This document shows positions 1 to 13,149 of a DNA stretch of 64,000 bases, piece after piece. The position numbers and the translations under genes are program-made. The notes beneath the pieces were generated by a model. The model was not told the origin of the DNA. It searched no databases and saw nothing but the letters and a program-made list of their open reading frames with translations. Position 1 is the first letter of the stretch. Every line of letters begins with the position of its first letter. Source of the stretch: Takakia lepidozioides (taxonomy: Eukaryota; Plantae; Bryophyta); assembly GCA_030704615.1 (NCBI GenBank), contig CM060732.1, positions 14,818,001 through 14,882,000 on the forward strand, read 5' to 3'.

Positions 1-590
1 CACTGCAGCTGCATCCAGCAACACTGCTGACCCAAGCCACGACCGGACTTGATGCACACTGGCCATCACCCTGGCCCGAGAATCACCCATCAGTGGTACA
101 TTCTCCAAGATGTATGCTGGAGATACAGCTTGATGAAGCTGCAAGCAGCGCAAAATCCGCACCATCTCCCAAAACAGACCCGTCCTCGAGTCTCGCAATC
201 CATTGCCATGCCCGGCTGATGAATGCCCTTGGCAGGGCCAACCTGCCACTATCAGATCAATGGAGCCAACCTGCTCCAAATCTTGCGCCCCCAACAAGGA
301 AATGTCTGCTGGCAAGGCTTGTTGGTATCCACGAACTGCAGACACAGGCAACAAGTCAGGGTACTGCTGTACCAACTGAGCCACATGGCGCAGTGAGACA
401 CGTCGTGCAGTCTCATCCCTCTCCACATACAGGTAACGCCTTACCCGCACACCTGCCTGTAGCACAGCAGCCAATCCGGTGCTGATCCCGCCAAACAAGT
501 CCAGAAGGCAAATGCCTTCATCCGGCCGCTGCCACACAAGAGGTGTGGTGTCCAATGGCGACAACTGAGGTGGCCCTGGTGCAATCACCG
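1..590 (-). pseudogene. C5 cytosine methyltransferase domain (motifs I-VI) of copy A, frameshifted
   Basis: Minus strand reads GICLLDLFGGISTGLAAVLQAG, AGWPCQGHSSAG and YILENVP; homologous to B ~17060-17630. Confidence 0.88.
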
Positions 591-874
591 CACTCTCCTC
601 CTCTCTGACGGTACAAAAGCTTCTTCCCAAGCTTGTTGCACCCGTCCATCAGCAGCTTGCTGCAAATCCTTGCTCGTACCCCACAACGGAGTGTGAGCAA
701 CCATGGCAGGCAACTCCGCCGTACCATGCATGTCATCCTGCTCTGCTGGAGGTGGCACATCCTCTGCATGGGCATTGCCTTCCAGCAACTCTCCAGGCCA
801 ACTAACGGCAGCTGTGAAGGCGGCTAGTGTTGGCATCTTGCCCCGCTGGGCAGCTGCAATACCCCCAATGAATG

Positions 875-1570
875 TCACAGGGAGCTGTGCACGGCGACCA
901 TCCCCGACTGCCATCCAGGCCTGTAGGATGCTGACTCCTCCCAGAAATCCAGGGTGAAGCCCATGGGGTATAACACTGCCCCACCAACGAGGACATCGTA
1001 AGAGACCGCGTCTGTCACAATGGCCTTGGCTCGCATCACTGAGCCATCTACAGGATGATCCGGCTGCAGTCTAATAGCCAACTGATGTCGTGTCATGCCG
1101 CGAGCCTGCTCTGATCCTCCCAGAGATGTCTGTATCTGGAAAGGACAAGGCTCCATATCCGCCTCCATGAGGCCCAAACCTGCAATAGCAGCTCTGCCCA
1201 ACATCAGTGGCTGAGCTCCTGAGTCCAACAAGACCCGCAGTGGCCGGTACTTCTTGCCTGCCGGTCCACTCAAAGTGAAAATGCCTCCCTGGTTGTCTAA
1301 CAAGACAACTCCAGGTGTCACCATGGCGCGCTCAATGGCTGGCCTAGCTGGCAGCTCCGTCAACCTGGCAGCTGCAACTTGCCATGGCGCAGCCGTGGCA
1401 GTCTTGACCCTCAAATCCGAGGATCCCTCTGCCACTACACCTTCCACTAACTCCGCAGAAGATGAAGTGACCTCCCCACTCTCACAAGTGTTGCTGCTAG
1501 TCTGAACACTGCAGCTGGTCTCACCCCCGGCGTCGCAATCATTGTTGCCGAGAACAGTGGGGCCTGACAC
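875..1570 (-). CDS. Retroviral-type aspartic protease of copy A
   Basis: RVLLDSGAQP catalytic motif and YDVLVGGAVL C-terminal motif. Confidence 0.88.
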   Translation of the reverse strand: MSGPTVLGNNDCDAGGETSCSVQTSSNTCESGEVTSSSAELVEGVVAEGSSDLRVKTATAAPWQVAAARLTELPARPAIERAMVTPGVVLLDNQGGIFTLSGPAGKKYRPLRVLLDSGAQPLMLGRAAIAGLGLMEADMEPCPFQIQTSLGGSEQARGMTRHQLAIRLQPDHPVDGSVMRAKAIVTDAVSYDVLVGGAVLYPMGFTLDFWEESASYRPGWQSGMVAVHSSL

Positions 1571-3247
1571 ACAGAGGTGGCTGCCCCCAATAACACACCG
1601 GCCGCACTAGCCTTGGCAGCAGGAGTCAATGCTGCACGTGTAGCTCTCCCCAATGGCATAGTAACCTCCGCCTCGGTAACAGTCGGGCGAGAACTAGGTG
1701 CCATGGATGGCGTCGACACAGTCTCCGCCAATGTGAATGACTGAGGAAGCCTTGCCTGACGGCTTGCCTCCCCACGCTGTGGATCCAATTCCACCTCTGC
1801 ACCTCGTGGCTCAGGAACTCGTGCTGCTCCTCGAGTCACGGCTGCAGCAGACTCCACCTGCTCTAGTGGTAGTGCTGCTCCGCACATAAATCCCATGCCT
1901 CCCATATCTCCTCCCTCAGGAGCAGGAGGTGGACCATCCCGCCTGGGAGCCGGTACCGCCTGAGCTATAGCCATGGCAGCGAGCCTCTGCTCTAGCTGCT
2001 GAAGCCGGTTGGCCATGCCTTGATCAACGCCCTGACCACCGCGTCCTTGGCCATGTTGAGCTTGCCCTTGGCCTGCACCTCGTGCCCGACCACCTCGTCC
2101 TCTCTGGGCTGGTCCACCTCGCCCCCGGCCACCATTGTTCCCTTGGAACTGGCCTGGGCGCAACTCAGGATGCAAGTCATAACACTGCGCATCTCCATGC
2201 CCATACTTGCCACAATGCACACACTGCAACTGTGCAGGCTGTGCTTGTGCTGGCCTTCTGCCACTCTCTGGGCAATCTCTCTTGACATGGGTCCTCCACA
2301 TGTCCAACATATCACCCCTGGTTGCTGTTGGCCTGCAAAAGATGCCACGGGCCTCTGCACCTGAGGTCCCCTGTAAGCTCCATGGAACTTGGGCTGGGCA
2401 ACCTTGCCCCCCTGACCACGCTGTTGGGCAGTCCCTTGTGCCTGTGGGCTGACAGTTGTGCCCCGTACAGGCATGTCCTTGCCAAATCCAATTGTAACAA
2501 CTCGCTCCTCCACCATGTTGAGCTCAATCCGCTCAGCCAGTAGAAACACATCTGTTAATGTGGGTTGGGCTGCTTGTAACAGGGTTGCATCTCGCACCCT
2601 TCTCTTGAGCTCCTTGTCCAGAATTCCATACCAAAACTGGATTGCCTGAGCTTCAGTAACCCCTTGGGTCACACTTATCAAGCGCCTCATACGAGTGTAC
2701 GCCTCTCGCAGGCTCTCACTGGGTTTGCGCTGGAAGTCTTGCAAACTTCGCAGCTTCTCTGTCCGTACACCTTGGTAGTTCCTCCGCAAATCCTGGAAGA
2801 ACTCCACCACCGGGTTGAATCTAGGCACATGTGTTGTAGTCGTGGCAGGAGGAGTAGTAGCACCTTTTGAACTGGTACCACCTGCAGAAGTACCAGCACT
2901 ACTTGCTCCACTACTAGTGCTGGCAGTGGGAGCTATTGGTACTGATGCAGCTACTGGTCGCGTCGTGCCTCGAGTAATGGAGACGTAGTCAGGTGACCAA
3001 TACATCCTCCACTCCTCAATCTCTGCTTCATGTCCTCGCCTGAACTCGTGGTAATCGTCCATAGGCGGGCCTTCCAAATGCTGGAACAGTCCCTTCCACG
3101 CCATGAATGGGGTGAATAGCTGTGGATTGCGCATCTGCTGCAAATCACACCAGCTGTCAAACTCCTGGATAAAGTCATCCAACTCATTGTGCCCACAGCT
3201 CCAGAGTACCTACGAGGCCCCTTGGTAGCTCCATACATCTCCTCCAT
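1447..3247 (-). pseudogene. Gag of copy A (capsid-like region, CCHC knuckles, RGG linker), frameshifted
   Basis: ORFs 1992-3182 and 1447-2310 contain LQDFQRKPSESLREAYTRMRRL and CVHCGKYGHGDAQC. Confidence 0.88.
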
Positions 3248-3982
3248 GTCGTCCCACAACAATGGCGAATGAAAGTGCACACTTGTTGATGAAGCCTCCG
3301 AGTCTGTGTCTGACTCTACAGTAATTGAAGGTGGCGGTGAAGGTGGTCTGAACCGAATACCTCGTCTTGTGAACCCACTCTCACTGTTACTGCCTGTAGC
3401 CGTACTCCCCTCAAAACCCTTGGGTAACTCCGTAATGACACTCACAATGTGCACCTCCTCCACGTGACACTATAAGGCTCTAGTACTAATCTAATAGTGA
3501 CACGGGTGGGCACCTGTTGCAGTTTAAGGGTCATATCACAATGGCTCAGGGCACCTGCACCTGCATCCACCGCAAGAACTCCTATGGTTGGCTGGTCATC
3601 AACCCAGCCTCACCATAGAAGAAACACTGGTGGTCTTGCTGGTCATCACTCCAGCCTCACCACCGACAGCATACTCTAGGATTGACCGGTGATCAAATCC
3701 GGCCTAATCCCTATGAAAGCAAGCGCCCACACAAAACCAACATGGCGCACAGTCAAGCATGCAGGTGTTGGGGGGGATCCAAACACAAGAAATCAAAACA
3801 TCAACACCCCCACACCAAAATCCAGCTGCAATGCTGATCCTGCAGAATATCCCAGCCCAAAACCCCGGACTGACTGGCCTCCACCAAGAGAGGCTTTGGC
3901 AACTACGAGTACAAGATAATGAAAATAGTACAGAGATGGAGGGGAAGAATAGAAGTTCGCCCAAGCAAGATCTAATCCTGAT

Positions 3983-4774
3983 CTATGCTATCAACTTCCA
4001 GACTTCTCTCAAAGTGCCTCGCTCTGCGTGATGGTAAGGTGTAGGAGGTATATCTATGTCCAGAAACCTGCCACTAACCTTGTCCCAAGCTACAGTAGCT
4101 CGCTCTAACCAACCCTCCCCCTCTTTCTGCCAGGTAGAGACAAAGCAATACTCCCCTATCTCCCGCTCACTGAACACTAAAGAAAACAAAGGTAGGGTCT
4201 GATAGTCTCTCAACTCGAAAGCTTTGAGACGGTTGCGGGTGTCTTCATTGCGAATGACTGCATCGCCTTCAAACAGAACAAACTTGTCCTCGCTAATGAA
4301 CCCCCGCTCGTGGTTGCCTTGTGCAGAGCGTGTCCGACTGCAACACTGTCTAATTGCACAAACTTGTGTAGCTCCTGCTCCTCTGCTCCAGTACACCACG
4401 GCCTTGTGACTGAACACCTTGGTCCCCGGGGCTGTCTTTGGCTGTGTTCCAAGCCTAGCTTTCACCCACTTTGGTATTTCACCTACAGCTGCAGAACTGC
4501 TGGCTCCAACAGAGTTCTGACTGTCCAAGGCGATATTGAGGCCCTCAATGCCAACTACAGCAGTCTGTTGTCTACTGCTAATGCCTGACTCCCAGTATGC
4601 AATCAACTCGTCCAACTGTTCTCCACTCAAATCAGTCTGAGTTCCTTGGGAAACATAAATCTTGTCCCCTTTGGTGCACAGGCTAAGAGAAGAGACCTGC
4701 CCTTCAAACGTCCTCATTTCCCCCAGCCATACAAGGAGTACATCCACAGATTTGTCTCTAATATAGACCAGCAC
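3983..4774 (-). CDS. Extra ORF upstream of gag in copy A, function unknown
   Basis: 263-aa frame, also open and highly similar in copy B (21024-21773). Confidence 0.7.
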   Translation of the reverse strand: MLVYIRDKSVDVLLVWLGEMRTFEGQVSSLSLCTKGDKIYVSQGTQTDLSGEQLDELIAYWESGISSRQQTAVVGIEGLNIALDSQNSVGASSSAAVGEIPKWVKARLGTQPKTAPGTKVFSHKAVVYWSRGAGATQVCAIRQCCSRTRSAQGNHERGFISEDKFVLFEGDAVIRNEDTRNRLKAFELRDYQTLPLFSLVFSEREIGEYCFVSTWQKEGEGWLERATVAWDKVSGRFLDIDIPPTPYHHAERGTLREVWKLIA

Positions 4775-5539
4775 AGGTTCTAGAGACAGATTGTGGATCT
4801 TTCATGGCACACTCACACTCTAAAAATTCCATAGATTTTTAGCAGAGTCCCAAAAACAGAAACCAGGTCTAGATAGGTAGATTTCCCCTTTCTGCAGCTA
4901 TCCCCTCAAAAACTGGGTCAAACAGAGTCCATTTGACAAAGATATGACCAATTTGGCTTTACATCATTTAAATTAGATCAAAATGCCCTGTTTTTTTTTT
5001 TTTTTTTTTTTTGAAGGTTTTCAAATTTAAAAATTTAAAGTTACCCAAACTATCTGGTAACTGGTTCCCAGTTCCCTACGTTCTATATGGTTTCCTAGGT
5101 TCCCTGGCCACGTGCCCTATAATTCGCACCTTGCTCCAGTCTTCTGCATACCGAGAGTGAGAGAGAGAGAGAGAGAGGGAATTGTGGCACTCAGTAGTGT
5201 CTTGTTGTGAAAGAGAGTGGATTCCGTGATTGCTTGCAGGCTTGCGCACCAAGAGAGGGGGAGGAAAGACATGTTTATGGACATGTTTATGGACGCCATG
5301 TACAGGCGAGGGGTCACTCACAGTCTGCTCGAGGCCTTGGTGGCTAACGATAAATCACTGAGGAGGATTACCAGCGGGAAGCACTGGACTTTGTGCTGGA
5401 GCTTGCGGGTCCCCGGCCCATTCCAGTTACGGGGGAGAAAGCCCTGGCTCCTGAATCGCCCGTCTATCCCCAGCGTAGCTCGGCTCCGCCGTTCCCAAAC
5501 CCGTCGTCTCCATCCTGCAGCTGAAACTCTAGCACTTTT

Positions 5540-6320
5540 GTGAATGTGAACTGCTTACTGCAGGGAAGTGGGTATATGGGAGCATTCGAGTCCATGGATG
5601 CAACACCGCTTGATCAGGTCATCAACGATGCAATTGACTGGAGTTTCCGTAAGCAGAATCCAGAGGGCTATTGGGCGGGCCAGGTCGAATCAAGCTGTAC
5701 AATGGAAGCGGAGTGGATTCTGGCTATGCATTTCCTGGGCGTTACAGATGACCCAAAGAAAGAAAAAGTCGTGCGTTGCATTCGGAGCCTGCAAAGAACT
5801 GACGGATCCTGGGACACTTATCATGAAGCTCCTGCAGGTGACCTTAGCACCACCGTCAAGTGTTATGTGGCCTTAAAAGCGTCAGGATCCCAACCCAATG
5901 AAGCATCCATGGTAGCGGCTCGAAAATGGATTTCTGAACATGGTGGACTTCAATCTTTACGACTTTAGCTGCTGGGCAAGGGAAACAGTCGTCCCCCTGA
6001 CCATCCTTTCTGCTCGGCGCCCTGTACGTCCGCTGCCGCTCGACTTTTGTTGTCATGAGCTCCATGAACCAGAGGACATGAAACAACGTCAAAGCAAGAA
6101 AACTACTCTTTCAAATCTCGCCAGACATGTCTGTGAAAGTTTATTCCTCTACTTCGACAAGTTCCTCATATGGTATGGTAAGAGCCGTTCCAAGCCTGGC
6201 CGTGAGGTGGCCATCGTATGCTGCTTGGCCTGGATCCTCCGGCGACAAGATTCTGACGGCACTTGTTGTGGTGTACAACCTCCTTGGGTGTACTCGTTGA
6301 TGGCGTTGAGCTATATATCG
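5540..6320 (+). pseudogene. shc: Captured squalene-hopene cyclase N-terminal fragment
   Basis: QNPEGYW, MEAEWILAMHFLG, QRTDGSW, GDLSTTVKCYVALK, WARETVVPL and QDSDG..GVQPPWVYSLMAL. Internal deletion/frameshift near 5960; stops before the DXDD catalytic motif. Confidence 0.88.
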
Positions 6321-6971
6321 CCTGCTTACTGTAGGGAATCAGGCCAGAGTACGTTCGTCGTTCGTTTCTGCTGAATTGGTCAGAAGACAATTCCAAGCCC
6401 GGAACCTAGGGCGCATACAATGCAGCAACCCCAAGAACGGAAAGCGCAAAGTTCTGCTATTGGCGAGGCTCCATAGCAACCATATACACGGAACTCCGTC
6501 CTCTGCGCATTGCGAAGAGGATGCCGCTTTTCTGCTCCATAGCCCTACCCCTTAACCCGCTGCATGGCGCTCTTGCATGATCAAAACAAATGATTGACAA
6601 AGAAGCTGAAGCTAAATTTTGGTCCAAGACCAACCCCGATACAAGAATCAATTGCAACAGCAGGCTCCTCTATAAGCTTACTGGTGAAACGATCATCCAG
6701 CTTCAAGGATCATGCATAGGTGCCAACTAGCATTTGCTGCTGCATTTTTAAGTATCTCCTTGTGTACCCCAAAGCCTCTAGTGACTTGGTAGCTTCAGCG
6801 ACTGCAATAACAATGGCGGCTCTGGCATCGTCATCCTCCAGGCGTTTCAGGGCACGCTGAATCTAATGATATGCTTCTCAAACTAATCACTACTTATACG
6901 CAGGTAATCTTGCAAGTGCTAACCCTCAACTCCTACCTTGCACTCACAGGTAAGAGAGCATCTTTCTCGAG

Positions 6972-7319
6972 TGATAGAAATCCAACGAACACACTGTGAC
7001 ACAAAACATGAAAACCAAACCATCACTCTTAGAAAATAGTAGTCGAGCCATGGGCACCCCAAGCTATGGGGACTCCACCCCACAACAACCTGTACCCCTA
7101 CATAAGCACACTCAAATCTAAACACATGCAGGAGCTCGGTCGCGCAGGCTCAACTCGAGAAAGATGAGCTGCGCGACTGCCGCTCTCGTGAAGATAAGAC
7201 GGACCAGGTGTCAAACTAAACTTGACACCTGATTTAACACTTGACCTAAATCCAAGTGTTAAATACAAATAACTAGTTTTATTCTAGCTGTTTTCACACT
7301 GTGCTTATTTAACTTGACA
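6972..7319 (-). repeat. 5' terminal repeat X of copy A
   Basis: Diverged homolog of 23748-24097 and 12454-12799; same hairpins and TGTCAAGTT start on the element strand. Confidence 0.88.
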
Positions 7320-7469
7320 AGACAAAGAGAGAGCAAGTTGATGAAGGGTGCTGCAATCATGGGCAATAACTTGCATTGTGCACACCAACCATCCACAACA
7401 ACACAACCGTTTTTTTGGTGGGTTCATAGAACCCAATTATTATTGGTTTTTTGAAATCCGGTTCAGGGT

Positions 7470-8540
<1,071 letters not shown>

Positions 8541-9840
8541 TCAGAATTGTACTAATCTCTAACAATGGTCCACTTGAAATTCTATTGCCAAGATGGGGAT
8601 ACCACACCAAACAAGGTGCAAAGAACATCATCATGCATCAACTTAAAATGCCATCAGCAAGGCTCTAACGGGGGTAACATAGAAATCACCCCTAAACGAC
8701 AGTGCAAACACGAAAGAAGGGTGGGAACCAAAATGAATGTAAGACCAAACACAAAGCTACCAACCCTTCTCAATTGAATCGTTTGGGAAAAGATAGCAAA
8801 CAAAGGCCGGAAGATAAGCCGAGAAAGTGGCCGGAAAAGTCAGAGCGGAGAACAGAAAGGACAATATGCACATACAAAGGTTTGCGAAGCACTTTATACT
8901 CAGGACACGCACACGAGGCGGGCCCATAGATTCGAAAAATAGGCCCTATAAAATCATATGGAAAAGGACGGACTGCAGGAGCAACGAAGGCCGAAACGAC
9001 AAGGAAGGCAGCAACCAAGCGCAAGGAGAGCATAAAGTAGGAAATCATAGAAGTATTTAAGACTTCAACTGCTGCACAAGATTATACTTTCCAATGTAGG
9101 CATGTAAAACGCAATGACAACAAAACCCAAGTGGAATAAGAGACAGGGAGTCCGAACGATAACACCGCTAGGGTAATCACAACGAACAGTACGAAGTAAG
9201 TAAGACCCAATGTTTGAAAAGCAGCATAACGGCTTCTGGGACAATGCACCGGACAGGCTGATGCAGGGAATAATAAGCACCAAGCGCATAACAGACAATT
9301 TAGCAACGGCTGAAGAATCACATACCATGAAGACAACAGCCATCAGTGAGAAACGAAAGCGCAAGCAAGGTACGAAAATACTAAGGTCAATTGAAGCTTA
9401 ACACATACCTCCGAGATCACATAGTGCCGAATAACAAGGGATGTAGAGAATAGGGGCAACAAGAATTCCCACCACGATCGACAAGCGAGAAGAAGCAGAC
9501 GATTGAGCGCGATCTACAAAGCTCCCCCTTCCCCTCATAACCGACCACTCCCCTCGTATCTCAAATGAACGGTTACAAACAGCTGGAGTGGGTCCGATGT
9601 CCTTTGCACATGGATGAAAAGACGCTGGACTGCTGATCATGCATCCACTCGCAACCTACAAGATTCAGGAGGACAACTTTCTTGTTGAAGAGCTTTGCAA
9701 ATTCTAAATACACACTGTCAATCTTTCTGTCTGCGATGTGAACAAGGCCCTGAATGTGAGAGATTATCACATATCAGCCAAGACACAATGTTGCCAATCA
9801 TTCAGAAACTGGATATGTTTAATACGCACGAGAGAGAGAG

Positions 9841-11421
9841 TGTTATATAGCATGTCAAAGCTAGACAAGGAAACACTAAGCACATTGTGCTGTGTTTGCC
9901 TTCATTTAACGACATCAGACAGCCTAATTTAGGCACCATCAAACTGTCTCTACCCAGATCTGCCTCCATACCTCCCTTTACATTATACCCTTGCTGGAAA
10001 ACCAGGTTTAAGGTCTACTAAGTGGCAATCACATGCACACTAGGTAGGGCCTTCTCATAAACAAATCTACCTCCTCACTTTCATATCATAGGAAACAACA
10101 GTAGAAGTAGGAAGAGCACAATTGTCTCCTTACAAGTAACTCCTTTCTATGTAGGTACCAGCTCATAGATCCATCAAATCAATAGAGCAAAAACAGCAGT
10201 AGTATGTGTACAATCAACGCATACAAACATATTTGAGGTTTGAGAGAGCTCAAAGCCTCGCTCCCTTAGTCTCTTGCCCTTAGTACATTTCCTGCAACAA
10301 AAGAAGGTGAAGTGGCATCACCTGGATCCATCATAGCCAACCAACCAAGCAATAGGTTAGTGATCCCTGTGGAGCGCCAGGCTTAAACCCCTTCACATTT
10401 GTTATCAGTGTCATCCCTGCAACAAGTCATACTAGCAAAGAGAGGAGAGGTAAGAGAGGTCCTTTCAGCCATTCAACATAGGTACAAAACTCAGTAACAC
10501 CTATTTCAGCCCATGCTCCAGAGGGAGGGGGGGTGGTCTCATGTCTGTAAGCACCCATTCCCAAAAGGAAGGTGTCACTAGAGCCAAGTACTCAGCAAGG
10601 GGACACATAGAGGCCTTTGGTTTGCAAAAGTATTCAAAGAATCATAGTAGAGCTAATCATGTCCATGTAAGTAAACATGACAACAAGCATCTATCCCCAA
10701 AAGGAAGACCAAATACTCAAGCAAGGGCATATATAGAAGCCCTTGGTTTTGCAAAAGTATTCATTGATTCAGAGTAGAGCTTAGTCAAGTCCATGTAAGT
10801 TCCTCATAGTGTCAACTCTCTTTATGTTGCCATCCTAAGCAGCCCATCATAATGTTGGAGGAGTCTGAATGGATACCTTGCTTGTAGACATAGTGTAGTC
10901 AGCTCCTTCAGCTCTTGCCTGCTCCTCTTCCAAATGAGAAGAGTGGCCAAGCATACTAACCATATAGGGCAGCAGCTTTAGGTTGAGACCTCTAGGATGA
11001 ACCCTAATGAGTCATCCTAGTGAGTCATCCCGTTCTAAAATCCCCCGTTCCGTTCTAGACAAAAAAATCTGAACAGAAGAATGGGATCAGACAATTCTTG
11101 AATGTTGTCTAAGAAGATCTTAGCAACATTAAGGAGAGAAAGAGACAGAAAAAAATTCCTCGAGCCTCTCATTTTTAGGTTTCCTAATGCTGATACAAGA
11201 CATTGGCTATAGTAGAGCAGCCAAGAGAGCAATGTACATTGACCGGATCATGTAGAAGGTGTACACATATACTCTATTATGCTGTTGCTACAGGGCCTAG
11301 CACAAGATATCATGTATTAGTTTGCCATCCAATGTCCCTATATGTTCAAGGCTGGAGAAAGAGTCAAAGGGATCAGGCAGTTCTTGAGTGTTGTTACAAA
11401 GAACATATCCACATTCAAGTA
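9841..11421. repeat. 1.6-kb direct repeat, copy 1 (3' pseudo-LTR)
   Basis: Near-identical to 27452-29044; internal ~125-bp tandem duplication and repeated TGAGTCA motifs. Confidence 0.9.
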
Positions 11422-11674
11422 TAAAGAAAGAGAGAGAGAGAGAGAGAGAGCCCACCACCATATCCCATGGTGGTCACCTCCTCCATTAGGTGAGATGGTA
11501 TGCATTCACCCAATAGGGGTGCACACCATTCTTCTCTATGTAATATTACATAAACTTCTCCTCTTCTAGCTAACACATAATGACACACCATATGCCATTC
11601 ATAACCATGATAGTTATGTGTGTAGCTCTCTTAGGAAACTGAAAAGGAAATGCAACTATACGTTGATTCCATTT

Positions 11675-12366
11675 TCATGAGTAAGAAGATAGATAACTTA
11701 GAACACCACACAAAGCCAGATCTGAATCATGATATTTTAGGAAAAAAGAAAGGAGGAGCATATGTGCATACCTTTGAGTAATGAAAGAAGAGAGGTGAGG
11801 GAGAAACGAAGGTTGGGGAAGCCTTCCCTCCTTCAGAAAGGCAATGGAAATCCGTAGAAGAGAATCCCTTCGGAAGCCATTGGCTTCAAGAATACGAATG
11901 AGATCAAAGATCTCTAGGAAGGCGGCACTCACTGAACTTGACAAGTAGAGCAATGGAAAGATTTGTGAAATGATGGTGTTGTAAGACTGCTTCACGGGTC
12001 TGTTAGACCTCAACATGATGGACTGAGTATATGAGAACGGGATGAGTCTTCTCTTATCATACTTTTGAGCTATAAAAAACCCAAGAGTATGATCAGTCAC
12101 TTCTATTTCCATGTTCATAAAATGGGCTTTGACCCCTCTCGTAGGATCACTAGGGGAGTAAGAAACCACTTCAGGTTTGATCTCCACAAACTGTAAGGGA
12201 TAAATCCAGAAGGGATTATCCTTATTGCGGATAGCATTTGGGTTTAAGAATAGCATAACATCGCCAACATTAAGCCAACAAATATCATCAATGTATCTTG
12301 ATGCATGACGGAACCTTGCTATGAAATCAGCATGGCCAAGTGAGGCTAACCGATTTATGAAATTGA
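11675..12366 (-). pseudogene. PLE reverse transcriptase, C-terminal part
   Basis: RYIDDICWLN, AHFMNMEI and KYDKRR (RT palm/thumb). Confidence 0.82.
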
Positions 12367-12886
12367 TGTCGTGCGCATACGTATCGCTACACAACTACAT
12401 CGCTGTCCAAACCACACCACACATATATGCACAATAAAGTAGTCTGCCACAATAGATTGAAAACTAAACTCACACTGTTGACACAAGGACATGAAATACA
12501 ACACCATCACTCGTTAAACTAAGAGTCAAGCCAGGGGCACCCCAAGCTATGGGGACTCCACCCCACAACATCCTATTCTCCCTTCATAAGCACATTCAGA
12601 TTCTAAGCAGTGAATGAGCTTGGTCGTGCAGGCTCAACTCAAGAGAGATGAGCCGCATGACGAGCTCGTGAAGATAAGATGGTTCAGGTGTCAAGCTAAA
12701 CTTGACACCTGACTTAACACTTGAACTAATTCCAAGTGTTAAATACAGATAACTAGATTTATTCTAGTTAGTTTCACACTGTGTTTATTTAACTTGACAG
12801 CTGTTGTGCGCATACGTATCGCTACACAACTACATCGCTGTCCAAACCACACCACACATATATGCACAATAAAGTAGTCTGCCACA
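12367..12886 (-). repeat. 3' terminal Y-X-Y block of B: Y2 12367-12451, X2 12454-12799, Y1 12802-12886
   Basis: Two 85-bp Y copies (1 mismatch) flank a 346-bp X that matches 23748-24097. Confidence 0.93.
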
Positions 12887-12900
12887 ATCGCCCCCCTAGC
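12887..12900 (-). promoter_or_regulatory. Polypurine tract of B
   Basis: Element strand GCTAGGGGGGCGAT directly before TGTGGC; identical motif in C at 59622-59635. Confidence 0.8.
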
Positions 12901-13149
12901 TGGTGGTTAGGTCCCTGTAACGTCAGATAGCTACAAGATGTAATAGCCACAACCGTACTAAGTCCTCTATCACTGTCCCTATTGTACTCAAACTCTATAG
13001 ACCAAGAGGCCGGGTAAAAGAGTAGCCCCATCGTTGGTCGCCGTCTTGCAATCTGTGAACTTGAGCCAGGATCTCGTGTGTTCAAGGTCTCATAGTAGCT
13101 TGGCCTTGCATTTCTTGTTAGCATTCCATGGTTGTATCCACTCCCACTA

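Larger units (their letters stand above)
1..7319 (-). mobile_element. Ty3/Gypsy-like DNMT-carrying retrotransposon, copy A (5' half; continues left of window)
   Basis: gag, DSG protease and DNMT motifs colinear with copy B. Terminal repeat X homologous to B and ending ...AACTTGACA at 7319. Confidence 0.92.

Noticed and set aside
8565-9770. Cluster of short ORFs in A-rich sequence
   Set aside because: No recognisable motifs; cannot be assigned.
12367-12886. Y-X-Y as an accidental nested insertion or duplication
   Set aside because: The same layout with identical Y length occurs in diverged copy C, and the TSD fits the outer Y and X ends.
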